A stretch of 39,889 bases of DNA from Macrostomum lignano (lineage: Eukaryota): the NCBI GenBank assembly GCA_002269645.1, contig NIVC01003493.1:1-39889 (forward strand). Reading direction: 5' to 3'. Positions within the stretch are counted from its first letter, which is position 1, and each line of letters begins with the position of its first letter. A program made the position numbers and the translations under genes. The notes beneath the pieces were generated by a model. The model ran no database searches and was not told the DNA's origin. It saw only the letters and a program-made list of their open reading frames with translations. This document shows, piece after piece, positions 28,856 to 39,889 of the stretch.

Positions 28856-31800
28856 TCCAGCCTGTCCATATCGCCCAGTAAGGCCCCACAAGCGAAGGCT
28901 ACTGTGCGCAATGCACTCTCTACAATGCCCCCACTCAGTGTCTCATTACCAAATCCTTCTTCAACAGAACGAAGACAGCATGGGCTCATCCTCAGCATCG
29001 GCCTCCATGATGCTGCACCATCAGCAGCAGCCTCAGCATCCGCAGTTCTCAATGACTCACACGCCAACTCAGCAGCAGCAGCCGCCATCAACTGGTGAGA
29101 AGCGCAAACGGGCGGCCCCGGACCCTCAGGAGGTGCTCCAGCGCCGGCTGAACAACCTCTATGGCCACGTCTACAATGCAACAGAAGAGGGCACTGGCAG
29201 GCTGTTGCGGGAAATCTTTGTTAAACTGCCGCCAAAAAATGAGTACCCAATGTACTACGAAGTGATTCCCGAACCGATCGATCTGACCATTATTCGAGCT
29301 AAAATTGATGCTAGAAAATATGAGACACACCATCAGCTGGTCAGCGATCTGAAGCTGATGTTTGCAAATGCCAAGCACTTCAACGAGGAGAAGTCCCAGG
29401 TGCATCAGGACGCCATCTATTTGGAGAAGCTGCTGAAAAAGAAGATTAAAAATCTGGGCCCGGTTGTTAATGCCAGCGGCGGCGGGCCCGGCGGAGCAGG
29501 TTCGGGCCCTGGTTCGACTCCCAGACTGAAGAAAAGGTTGGTGCCGTCTACTGTTTTTCATTTACAGTCAGACGCCCCGGCCAGGCTTGCCTCCCAGTAT
29601 GCTTCAGCGTCATTTCTTTGTCTCAATAATGATGTCCACCTTAAACAGCCCAAAGAATCGCCCTTAAACAGCCTGAAGAATCGTCCTTAAACAGCCTGAA
29701 GAATCGTCCTTAAGCAGCCATAAGAATCGCCCTTAAACAGCCTGAAGAATCGTCCTTAAGCAGCCATAAGAATCGCCCTTAAACAGCCTGAAGAATCGTC
29801 CTTAAGCAGCCATAAGAATCGCCCTTAAACAGCCTGAAGAATCGTCCTTAAGCAGCCATAAGAATCGCCCTTAAACAGCCTGAAGAATCGTCCTTAAGCA
29901 GCCATAAAAATCGCCCTTAAACAGCCATAAGAATCGCCCTTAAACATCCCAAAGAATCGCCCTTAAACAGCCATAAGAATCGCCCTTAAACAGCCATAAG
30001 AATCGCCCTTAAACATCCCAAAGAATCGCCCTTAAACAGCCATAAGAATCGCCCTTAAACATCCCAAAGAATCGCCCTTAAACAGCCATAAGAATCGCCC
30101 TTAAACAGCCTGAAAAATTGCCCTTAAACAGCCATAAGAATCGCCCTTAAACAGCCTGAAGAATCGCCCTTAAACAGCCTGATGAATCGCCCTTAAACAG
30201 CCTGAAGAATCGCCCTTAAACAGCCTGATGAATCGCCCTTAAACATCCCAAAGAATCGCCCTTAAACAGCCATAAGAATCGCCCTTAAACAGCCTGAAGA
30301 ATTGCCCTTAAACAGCCTGAAGAATCGCCCTTAAACAGCCTGAAGAATTGCCCTTAAACAGCCTGAAGAATCGCCCTTAAACAGCCTGAAGAATCGCCCT
30401 TAAACAGCCTTAAAATGGCACCTTAGCTTCTCATCCAACGCTACTTTCTTTTTGCTTTCGCCTGGCAATTTCGACCCCCGTTGCATGTCATTGATGTAGT
30501 GCTTGAACTGTCTTCTTATATTTTAGCTTTTTAGTCAGTGGCTGTTGTCTGTAAATATTGATTATTATAATTTTACTATGGTACCCTTATTGCTATCAGA
30601 GAAACAATTTTTTACAATTCAATAATATTCCAGCGCCACGGATGTCTCAATCACGTGAGTTTATTACTGTTTTTTAGCAAATCATTACTCTCTGCGGCAT
30701 GAAAACAACTTCAATTAAACAAAAATCTTTAATTTTACTAACCTTTTTCACTACATATTGTGTATACTTTTTATCATACGTGTAAATATTGTGTTTGTTT
30801 TAATTCACTCCTCTTTTTCACTCTCGAATTGCTTACTTGCAGTAGTAAATGTTTAATATAAACCGTATAAGCATTGCTGGCGATTCTCAACGGCCAATCT
30901 AATTACTGCTAATTATAACAAGACTAAGCGCCCTAACTCACCTGACCCTCATCTCTCTCAGTGCTCATTGACCCTTATTCCTGCTCATTGAAGGTCATCT
31001 GTGCTCATTGAAGGTCATCTATCCTCATCTATGCTTATCTGTGCTCATTGATGATCATCTGTGCTCATTAAAGGTCATCTGTTCTCACTGAAGGTCATCT
31101 GTGCTCATTTAAGGTCATCTGTGCTCATCTGTTCTCACTGAAGGTCATCTGTGCTCATTGAAGGTCATCTGTTCTCACTGAAGGTCATCTGTGCTCATTG
31201 AAGGTCATCTGTGCTCATCTGTTCTCACTGAAGGTCATCTGTGCTCATTAACCTTCAACATCTGCTCATTCGAATTTATCTCCCATCATCTCTCTCATCG
31301 AAGGTCTTCAACCAGCGCAGCTCAGCAGGCGGCCGTCAGCTCTTCGAGCTCGCTGCCCCGCCGTCTGCAGGACCTGTTCCACACCGTCAGAGACTACCGT
31401 GACCCAGTCTCCGGGCGCGTTCTCTCATCGGTGTTCGCCCGCCTGCCCACCCGGCAAGAGCTGCCGCAGTACTACGAGTTCATCAAGAAGCCGATAGATC
31501 TAACCAGCATCCAGTCCAAGCTGGGCTCGGGAAAGTACACCCAGGCCGCCGATATGCTGGCAGACTTTGAGCTCATGTTCGACAATGCCTGCCTGTTCAA
31601 CGAGACCGGATCGCAGATCTATCAGGATGCGCTGGTGTTGCTGCGGGTTGTCATGGAGAAGCGTCGGCTGCTGCGATTGGACGAAGACCCCGCGGCTGCC
31701 GAGGTGCCCGACGTGATGGCGGCTGTTCGCGATGTGATGAAGGGACTGCTGACTCAGACTATGAATCATGCGGTGAGCTGACGGGATTCGTGTTTGGAGT

Positions 31801-33675
31801 ACTTATCCTGGAATCACCTGGGATTAGTTATCCCATTATGGGATATTGTTTTGAATCACATGGGATTAGTTATCATATTATGGGATATTGTTTTGAATCA
31901 CATGGGATTAGTTATCATATTATGGGATATTGTTTTGAATCACATGGGATTAGTTATCCCGCTATGGGATATTGTTATGACTCACCTGGAATTAGTTATC
32001 CCGCTATGGGATATTGTTATGACTCACATGGGATTAGTTATCCCATTATGGGATATTGTTATGACTTACCTGGAATTAGTTATCCCGCTATGGGATATTG
32101 TTATGAATCACCGAGGATTAGTTATCCCATTATAGGATATTGTTATGACTCACCTGGGATTAGTCATCATGCTATGGGATATTGTTATGACTCACCTGGG
32201 ATTAGTTATCCCGCTATCGGATATTGTTATGACTCACCTGAGATTAGTTATCCCATTATGGGATATTGTTATGACTCACCTGGGATTAGTTATCCCGCTA
32301 TCAGATATTGTTATGACTCACCTGGGATTAGTTATCCCATTATGGGATATTGTTATGACTCACCTGAGATTAGTTATCCCATTATGGGATTTTGTTTTGA
32401 ATCACATGGGATTAGTTATTCCACTATGGGATATTGATATGACTCACCTGGGATTAGTTATCCCGCTATGGGATATTTTTATCAATCACCTGAGATTAGT
32501 TATCCCGCTATGGGATATTGCTATGAATCACCTGAGATTAGTTATCCCATTCCAGGACGAGGACGGCCGCCTCCTAGTGGACTCATTCGACGAGCTCTAC
32601 GACGAATCCCATCGCGCGGCCAGCGCTGACGGCAGCAGCGACCGGCCAGTCATTCCTCTGGAAGAGATTTTCCACCGAGTCCAGTCAGGCCGCTATCGCC
32701 GATTCCAGCGCTTCCAGGAGGACCTGTTCGACGCATTCGCTCGGATCCGAGCCGCCGCCCCGTCGCGTCAGTCGCAGATTTATAAAGACGCCTGCGAATT
32801 GCAGCGATTCTTTGTTCGAACTCGCGACTCGATGCTGTGCGTGTCGAAATATTCCACGGGCAGCTCGGGCTCGCTGCAGTCTCCAGCTAGCGGCTTCACC
32901 TGCAAAATGCTGGAAGAATTGCTCAAATCTGAGGCCGCTAAATCTGCCACGGACTCGACGGCTGAAGCTCCCGTCGATACTGACGACGGCTTTCAATCGA
33001 ATACCGACATCAAGGAGGCTGAAACCACTGCCGGGGTTAAAGTGCTTGTCAGCGATTTTGTCTACGTGAGGGATGAGGATCAGGTAATCAATTTCTTTGT
33101 CACCCCAGTGCTCCTTCTGACACCCCAGTGTTCCTTCTGACACCCCAGTGCTCCTTCTGACACCCCAGTGCTCCTACTGACACCCCAATACTCCTTCTGA
33201 CACCCCAGTGCTCCTTCTGACACCCCAGTGCTCCTTCTGACACCCCAGTGCTCCTGACACCCCAGTGCTCCTTCTGACACCCCAGTGTTCCTTCTGACAC
33301 CCCAGTACTCCTTCTGACATCCCAGTACTCCTTCTGACATCCCAGTACTCCTTCTGACACCCAAATACTCCTTCTGACACCCCAGTGCTTTTAACAAACT
33401 TGCACAAAATTCCTCTCCCCTTTTAAAATCTCTTTTCAGACCTTGGAGCCGATCCCCGATCCGTCCCAATCCGGCCAAGTTCGAATTGGTCAAGTTGTTG
33501 GCTTCGCCTGCGAGACCAACAGCCCGACTGAATCCGCCAACGGCGAGGGCGGCGGTGGCGGAAGCCGCCTGCTGGTTCGCGTCAACTGGTTTCTGAAGCC
33601 CAAGCAGACTGTGCACAGCAGGCATAGGAAATTCCTGCCTAATGTGAGTGCTGTCTGTCTGTCTGTCTGTCTGTA

Positions 33676-33758
<83 letters not shown>

Positions 33759-36700
33759 TCCAATCTAATCTAATTTATCTTTAACCATCCAGCCCTATTA
33801 TAATATTCATCTCTACACCACAGGAGGTGTTCAAAACGGACCAGCGTGCAACAGTGCCAGCCAATAGCATTCTTGGCAAGTGCATGGTTATGAGCATCAA
33901 AGATTTTGAAAATTTTATGCCTCGCGGCTTCGACTTCAAGGATGTGTACGCCTGCGAGTTCCAATACTGTGCCGGCCAGCACAGCTTCTTCCAGAAGATA
34001 ACGGTGAGTCATAACCACCTGCCCCCGAGTCCCAATCCCCTGTCCCCGAGTCCCAATCCCCTGTCCCCGAGTCCCTGTCCCCTGAGTCCCAATCCCCTGT
34101 CCCCCGAGTCCCAATCCCCTGTCCCCTGAGTCCCAATCCCCTGTCCCCTGAGTCCCAATCCCCTGTCCCCCTAGTCCCAATCCCCTGTCCCCGAGTCCCA
34201 ATCCCCTGTCCCCTGAGTCCCAATCCCCTGTCCCCCTAATACTAATCCCCTGTCCCCCTAGTCCCAATCCCCTGTCCCCCTAATACCAATCCCCTGTCCC
34301 CCGAGTCCCAATCCCCTGTCCCCGAGTCCCAATCCCCTGTCCCCTGAGTCCCAATCCCCTGTCCCCCTAATACCAATCCCCTGTCCCCCGAGTCCCAATC
34401 CCCTGTCCCCTGAGTCCCAATCCCCTGTCCCCCGAGTCCCAATCCCCTCTCCCCCTAGTCCCAATCCCCTCTCCCCGAGTCCCAATCATTACAAGCATCA
34501 ATTTACTTCGAATTCACCTACGAGTATATTGGAATCCCAATTCCCCCCGCACATTCTCTCGCATCCAGCGCTGGACATCGCCCCGTCCCGACGGTGTCAC
34601 CAACGACAAGCGGCCCAGCCCAATCGGTCTGCACCGCATGGCCGTGGTGCCCTACGTCTTCGAGGCGCCCAAGCATGAAGATCCGACCGCCACCTCAATC
34701 ATTGAGTCGCTACGGGAGAATGTAGTGCTGGAGGATCGGTCCCAGACTGAGGGCCTGATCACCTACGATCAGTACGCGGCTGATCCCAACTCCGGGCTCT
34801 GGCTTCGGCTGGGTGACTTTGTCTACGTGCCCAGCGTTGATGGCACTGGCAGGACCATCGTTAGGGTGAGACTCGTGCTCGCTTCGCTTTTGTCTCATCT
34901 CCCTCTCACCCTCATCTACTCTCCGTCTCTTTTCTCCCTCTCACCCTCATCTACTCTCCGTCTCTTATCTCCCTCTCACCCTCATCTACTCTCCGTCTCT
35001 TTTCTCCCTCTCACCCTCATCCACTGTCTCTCCGTCTTTTACTCCCTCTCACCCTCATCTACTCTCCGTCTCTTTTCTCCCTCTCACCCTCATCCACTGT
35101 CTCTCCGTCTTTTATCTCCCTCTCACCCTCATCTATTCTCCGTCTCTTTTCTCCCTCTCACCCTCATCTACTCTCCGTCTCTTATCTCCCTCTCACCCTC
35201 ATCTACTCTCCGTCTCTTATCTCCCTCTCACCCTCATCTACTCTCCGTCTCTTTTCTCCCTCTCACCCTCATCCACTGTCTCTCCGTCTTTTATCTCCCT
35301 CTCACCCTCATCTATTCTCCGTCTCTTTTCTCCCTCTCACCCTCATCTACTCTCCGTCTCTTATCTCCCTCTCACCCTCATCTACTCTCCGTCTCTTATC
35401 TCCCTCTCACCCTCATCTACTCTCCGTCTCTTATCTCCCTCTCACCCTCATCCACTGTCTCTCCGTCTTTTATCTCCCTCTCACCCTCATCTATTCTCCG
35501 TCTCTTTTCTCCCTCTCACCCTCATCTACTCTCCGTCTCTTATCTCCCTCTCACCCTCATCTACTCTCCGTCTCTTTTCTCCCTCTCACCCTCATCTACT
35601 CTCCGTCTCTTATCTCGCTCTCACCCTCATCTACTCTGTCCTTTATCCCCTTTTCACCTTCATCTACTCTCCGTCTCTTATCTCTCTCTCACCCTCATCT
35701 ACTCTCCGTCTCTTATCTCCGTCTCACCCTCATCTACTCTCCGTCTCTTATCTCCCTCTAACCCTTATCTACTCTCCGTCTCTTATATCTCCCTCTAACC
35801 CTTATCTACTCTCCGTCTCTCATCTCCCTCTCACCCCATCTTCTCTGTCTCATATCTCCTTCTCACCTAATCTAATCTGTCTATTATCTCCTTTTCATCT
35901 TTATCTACTCTCTGTCTCTTACCTCCGTCTCACCCTCATCTACTCTCCGTCTTACCCTCATCTACTCTGTCTCTTATGACCTTCTCTCCTTATCTATTAA
36001 TATATTTCCCATTTTACTGCCAGCAGTACCCTTTTACAAACCATTCTCCATCCCTCATTCATCAATCAACAGGTGGACAAGCTGTGGCGCAACACGGTAC
36101 AGAACTGCGTCTACTTCAGCGGTCCCTGGTTCCTGCCGCCCAAAGATGTTGAACACCTGCCCACTATGACCTTGTACGCCAAGGAGTACTTTCTGTGCAG
36201 TGTTGAGCACTCTACTCACATGCTCTCCTCTGTGCTCGGCCGTTGCTGCATCCTCTCGCTCGCTGACTACTCCGCATGCCGGCCAACCGAGTATGCCGAA
36301 GACGACGTGTACATCTGCGAGAGCAAGTACTTCCTGGAGGACAAAGCCATCAGGAAGTTGAGAAAGGGTTTGAAAAAGTTCACCAATCAGCCAGGCACTA
36401 TCGAGGACGAGGTGTACTTTTTCAAGCAGCCAATAGTGCCGAGAAAATCGGTCACGCCGCTGCTGTACGAAGCGTCTCAGACTCCCCTGGATATGGACCA
36501 GCTGACCGCCTCATCTGCTGCCGCAGCTTCCTCAGCCTTGAGCAGCGGCGGCGGCAATGGTGCCGGATCGTTGAACTTTGACGACGACAACACCCGCGAC
36601 AGCATGTCCACCAGCACCACCATGGACGAGGTGCCCACCACTCCCGGCACTCCGCAGGGCGGCAGGAATAACAGGACTGGCGCCTCGTCTGTGAGTGACG

Positions 36701-39577
36701 CACACTTGCTTAGGTGTCCTTTGATTCTCTGTGCCAGCCTCCCAGATCCTCTGATTCTCTGTGCCAGCGTCCCAGATCCTCTGATTCTCTGTGCCAGCGT
36801 CCCAGATCCTCTGATTCTCTGTGCCAGCCTCCCAGATCCTCTGATTCTCTGTGCCAGCCTCCCAGATCCTCTGATTCTCTGTGCCAGCCTCCCAGATCCT
36901 CTGATTCTCTGTGCCAGCCTCCCAGATCCTCTGATTCTCTGTGCCAGCCTCCCAGATCCTCTGATTCTCTGTTGCTGGGCCACCAGCCTCCCATATCCTC
37001 AGTTACTGAGCCAACCTCCCAGATCCTCAGTTGCTGGGCCATCCAGCCTCCCAGATCCTCATTTCTGTGCCACCGCCAGCCTTCCAGATCCTCAGTCGTT
37101 GAGCCAGCCTCCCAGATCCTCAGTTGCTGGGCCAGCCTCCCAGATCCTCAGTTGCTGGGCCAGCCTCCCAGATCCTCAGTTGCTGGGCCATCCAGCCTCC
37201 CAGATCCTCAGTTGCTGGGCCATCCAGCCTCCCAGATCCTCAGTTGCTGGGCCAGCCTCCCAGATCTTCAGTTGCTGTGCCAGCCTCCCAGATCCTCAGT
37301 TGCTGGGCCAGCCTCCCAGATACTCAGTTGCTGGGCCACTACATCATGTTTCCCTCACCACCCCCTATTGCAGAAGAAGAAGAAATGCCCCAGCGGCTAT
37401 GTCGTGTACGCCAGCGAAGTCCGCAAGCGCATCATGATGGAGAACGAGGGCGCCGGGTTTGGCGACATCAGCGCGAGGTCGGACAGATGGTGAGCGTTCT
37501 GCCAGCTTGTTTGAACGATTTTTTGGTTTTAATTTTTTCATTTTAATTTCGTATCCCAATTTGTTTTTCTGTGGGATTCTAGTATCTGTACGATTTTTTT
37601 CAGTAGATCTTTAAAGAATTTTGGGATCCTGGAGTATTTTCGACCTGTTGAGGTACTCTGGGATCTATTGGGATACTTTGGGATCTGTTGGAGTATTTTG
37701 GAATCTGTTGGGGTATTTTGGAATCTGTTGGGGTATTTTGGGATCTGTTGAGGTACTTTGGGATCTGTTGGGGTATTTTGGGGTCTGCTGGAGCATTTTG
37801 ATATCTGTTGGAGTATTTTGGGATCTTTTGGGTATTTTGGAATCTGTTGGGGTATTTTGGGATCTGTTGGAGTATTTTGGGATCTATTGGGGTATTTTGG
37901 GATCTGTTGGGATATTTTGGGATCTGTTGGGGTATTTTGGGATCTGTTGGGTATTTTGGGATCTGTTGGGGTATTTTGGATCTGTTGGGATATTTTGGGA
38001 TCTGTTGGGATATTTTGGGATCTGTTGGGGTATTTTGGGATCTGTTGGGTATTTTGGGATCTGTTAGGGTATTTTGGATCTGTTGGAGTATTTTGGGATC
38101 TGTTGGGGTATTGTGTGATCTGTTGGTGTATTGTGGGATCTGTTGGGGTATTGTGGGATCTGTTGGGGTATTTTGTTGTAGTGGGCTCTTTATGTATTAA
38201 AGCAACAGACATCCATCAATCGCCTGCCATCAACACTGACACCCCAGTGGCGCAAGCTGCCCCAGTCGGAGAAGGACGTCTACGAGCGCCGAGCTGCCGA
38301 CACCCGCGCCAAGATGGAGGCGGAGAAGGCCGCCGCCGCTGCCGCCGCCGCCGCCACCGCCGCCGCCAGCGCTCCAGTCGCCAGTCGCCTCCGACTCAGC
38401 AGCAGCAGTACCCGATAGCCCAGCCTCCCATGATGCCTCATCATCAGTATCAGCCGGCCTATCAGCAGCAGCCTATGGTGCCTCAGCAGCAGCAGCAGCA
38501 GTTTATGGGCCAGCAGCCGGTGTACCCTCAGCAGATGGCCTACCCGCCGCAGCAGCCGCAGCAGGGTGTCACATTCTACCCAGTTTCTGGCCCGGCCCAG
38601 CAGCAGATGCAGTACCAGCAACAGCATCGCCCAGCTGGCGTTAATGGTTTTCCGCCTCATCAACAGCAGCAATGCTGTCCATGCAGCAGCCGCAGCAACA
38701 GCAGCAGCCGCCGCCTCAGCTGCCCGTGTTTGTGGCCGCTCCGCCGAAGACCACCAGAGCTCTGCACAGCGAGATCTATAAACGGTAGGGTTCTTTAGGA
38801 GGCTTTGATTGGGCGCCATTGTCCATTGCCTTGTTTGCCATTCTTGGAATCGAATTTCAGAGTGCCTTCATGAGTGAACTTCACAAATATCCAAAGTGCC
38901 ATTTCCAAATGTCAACAGTGCCATTCTCAACTATCCTGAGTGCCATTCTCAACTATCCAGAGTGCCATTCTCAACTATCAACAGTGCCATTCTCAACTAT
39001 CCAGAGTGCCATTCTCAACTATCCAGAGTGCCATTCTCAACTATCCAGAGTGCCATTCTCAACTATCCAGAGTGCCATTCTCAACTATCCAGAGTGCCAT
39101 TCTCAACTATCAAGAGTGCCATTCTCAACTATCCAGAGTGCCATTCTCAACTATCCAGAGTGCCATTCTCAACTATCCAGAGTGCCATTCTCAACTATTC
39201 TGGGTGCCAGTATCAAATCGAGTGGCATTCCCAACTATCCTGAGTGCCACTATCAAATCTGAGTGCCATTATTGCGTGAACCCGCCCCTCCCTACGCCAG
39301 GTACATCGAGCGGCTGCGCTCGAACAGCGCCTACCTGAGCGACTGGGACCGGCAGGCCACTCCGGCCCAGCTCAACTGCAAGGCCCAACGCTAGCGTTAC
39401 GCAGCAGCTGCACGACTCGTTTCTGGGCGCCCCCGCCTACCAGAAGCAGCAACAGCAGCAGCAGCAGCAGCAACAGGCGAGCTCACCAACGCTCTGTGCA
39501 GCCTGCGAGACCACCTGCTGAGAGATGCCCTGAAAATTGAATTATCGCTTAATCAGCTGTTGAGACTGTCTTATTAA
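21532..39577 (+). CDS. PBRM1: Polybromo-1/BAF180 (6 bromodomains, 2 BAH, HMG box). Exons: 21532-21891, 22857-23375, 24191-24542, 26155-26284, 26800-27145, 28968-29536, 31304-31772, 32556-33083, 33440-33643, 33824-34003, 34569-34865, 36073-36690, 37374-37489, 38248-38784, 39301-39577. Apparent 1-bp indels in the last three exons.
   Basis: BD1 [24 protein letters not shown]; BD2 NARTFNEP; BD3 [23 protein letters not shown]; BD4 [17 protein letters not shown]; BD5 [18 protein letters not shown]; atypical BD6 [19 protein letters not shown]; BAH1 and BAH2 ([18 protein letters not shown]); [12 protein letters not shown]; C-terminal [29 protein letters not shown]. Splice phases were checked by hand and are consistent except where indels are noted. 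Confidence 0.93.
21960..22830. repeat. PBRM1 intron 1 minisatellite (~31 bp, GCTATGGGAACTGGGGGATTTTAGATTCGTT)
   Basis: Read directly. Confidence 0.9.
23442..24100. repeat. PBRM1 intron 2 minisatellite (15 bp, GTGAGTCACATGGTG; 25 units to 23810, then degenerate)
   Basis: Read directly. Confidence 0.92.
24600..25560. repeat. PBRM1 intron 3 minisatellite (~19-20 bp, TTTATCCCCATTTTCATCA)
   Basis: Read directly. Confidence 0.9.
26300..26680. repeat. PBRM1 intron 4 minisatellite (21 bp, CTAATGTAATTAGGCGTATGT)
   Basis: Read directly. Confidence 0.9.
27215..27890. repeat. PBRM1 intron 5 minisatellite (23 bp, GAGAATCGCCCTGAACTGTCCCT)
   Basis: Read directly. Confidence 0.92.
28555..28860. repeat. 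(TCTG)n microsatellite, intron 5
   Basis: Read directly. Confidence 0.92.
29640..30415. repeat. PBRM1 intron 6 minisatellite (23 bp, AAGAATCGCCCTTAAACAGCCTG)
   Basis: Read directly. Confidence 0.92.
30960..31250. repeat. Second intron 6 minisatellite (20 bp, GTGCTCATTGAAGGTCATCT)
   Basis: Read directly. Confidence 0.88.
31810..32550. repeat. PBRM1 intron 7 minisatellite (42 bp, GGGATTAGTTATCCCATTATGGGATATTGTTATGACTCACCT)
   Basis: Read directly. Confidence 0.92.
33100..33390. repeat. PBRM1 intron 8 minisatellite (20 bp, GACACCCCAGTGCTCCTTCT)
   Basis: Read directly. Confidence 0.9.
33651..33757. repeat. (TCTG)n microsatellite, intron 9
   Basis: Read directly. Confidence 0.92.
34020..34485. 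repeat. PBRM1 intron 10 minisatellite (21-22 bp, GAGTCCCAATCCCCTGTCCCC)
   Basis: Read directly. Confidence 0.92.
34900..35990. repeat. PBRM1 intron 11 minisatellite (~35 bp, CTCTCACCCTCATCTACTCTCCGTCTCTTATCTCC)
   Basis: Read directly. Confidence 0.92.
36710..37330. repeat. PBRM1 intron 12 minisatellite (30 bp, CCAGCCTCCCAGATCCTCTGATTCTCTGTG and variants)
   Basis: Read directly. Confidence 0.92.
37620..38180. repeat. PBRM1 intron 13 minisatellite (~20 bp, GGGATCTGTTGGGGTATTTT)
   Basis: Read directly. Confidence 0.92.
38920..39260. repeat. PBRM1 intron 14 minisatellite (22 bp, GAGTGCCATTCTCAACTATCCA)
   Basis: Read directly. Confidence 0.92.
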
Positions 39578-39889
39578 TCCAAGCTCTTTAATCTGACCTG
39601 TTGTGCGCTATGCAATATTATTCATATAGTTAATTCAATATTGTTGCGTCTCAACCCTACGTTTTCGCTACGTATGAGCCATGAGTTCCTGTGTAATCGG
39701 TTTTTTAAATGCAGCTTTTTATCAAAATTTCATTGCTTGAATAATGCAAGTTTTATGCTATTACTGTTTATTGTTAATAATACTGTTATCTTGCGTTCGT
39801 TTTTTATTGATCTGTATGAGTTTTACTGCAATAATTAGTATTAAATTGCTTTTAATTTGGGCATTTAATAATTACTGTGCTTTGCTATT

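Noticed and set aside
20088-39260. CRISPR-like arrays
   Set aside because: The repeats are head-to-tail with no unique spacers, the context is eukaryotic introns, and there are no cas genes.
23250-39338. Numerous long low-complexity ORFs (CDSPP, HHLSHF, DRQT, GTGDWD, ECHSQL repeats, etc.)
   Set aside because: All coincide with intronic minisatellites lacking stops in some frames; exon phases show they are spliced out.

Overview
Eukaryotic (metazoan) genomic DNA. The intron-filling minisatellites suggest a flatworm such as Macrostomum, but that assignment is inference only. (1) ~1-10,597: the right-hand part of a Polinton/Maverick (adintovirus-like) endogenous DNA virus. It ends in the canonical ...ACTACT-3' terminus; the left end is not in the window. 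It carries a shattered pPolB remnant, an intron-containing chromodomain integrase, a frameshifted minor capsid, a basic core-like protein, an intact major capsid, an adenain-type protease, an A32/FtsK-type packaging ATPase, two conserved small Maverick ORFs and a DEDD-like nuclease with a premature stop. Unusually, it also carries a convergent pair of basal-transcription-factor homologs: a two-repeat TBP-like gene (complete once one +1 frameshift is corrected) and a PC4/Sub1-like gene, each with a TATA box. (2) ~10.6-15.6 kb: AT-rich host intergenic DNA with small decayed repeats. (3) ~15.7-39.6 kb: three co-oriented host genes, PECR, a ZCCHC8-like NEXT subunit lacking the zinc knuckle, and a 15-exon polybromo (PBRM1). 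Nearly every intron is filled by its own minisatellite, and these arrays explain most of the long ORFs in the track. Scattered 1-bp indels in conserved coding sequence may partly be long-read assembly errors.
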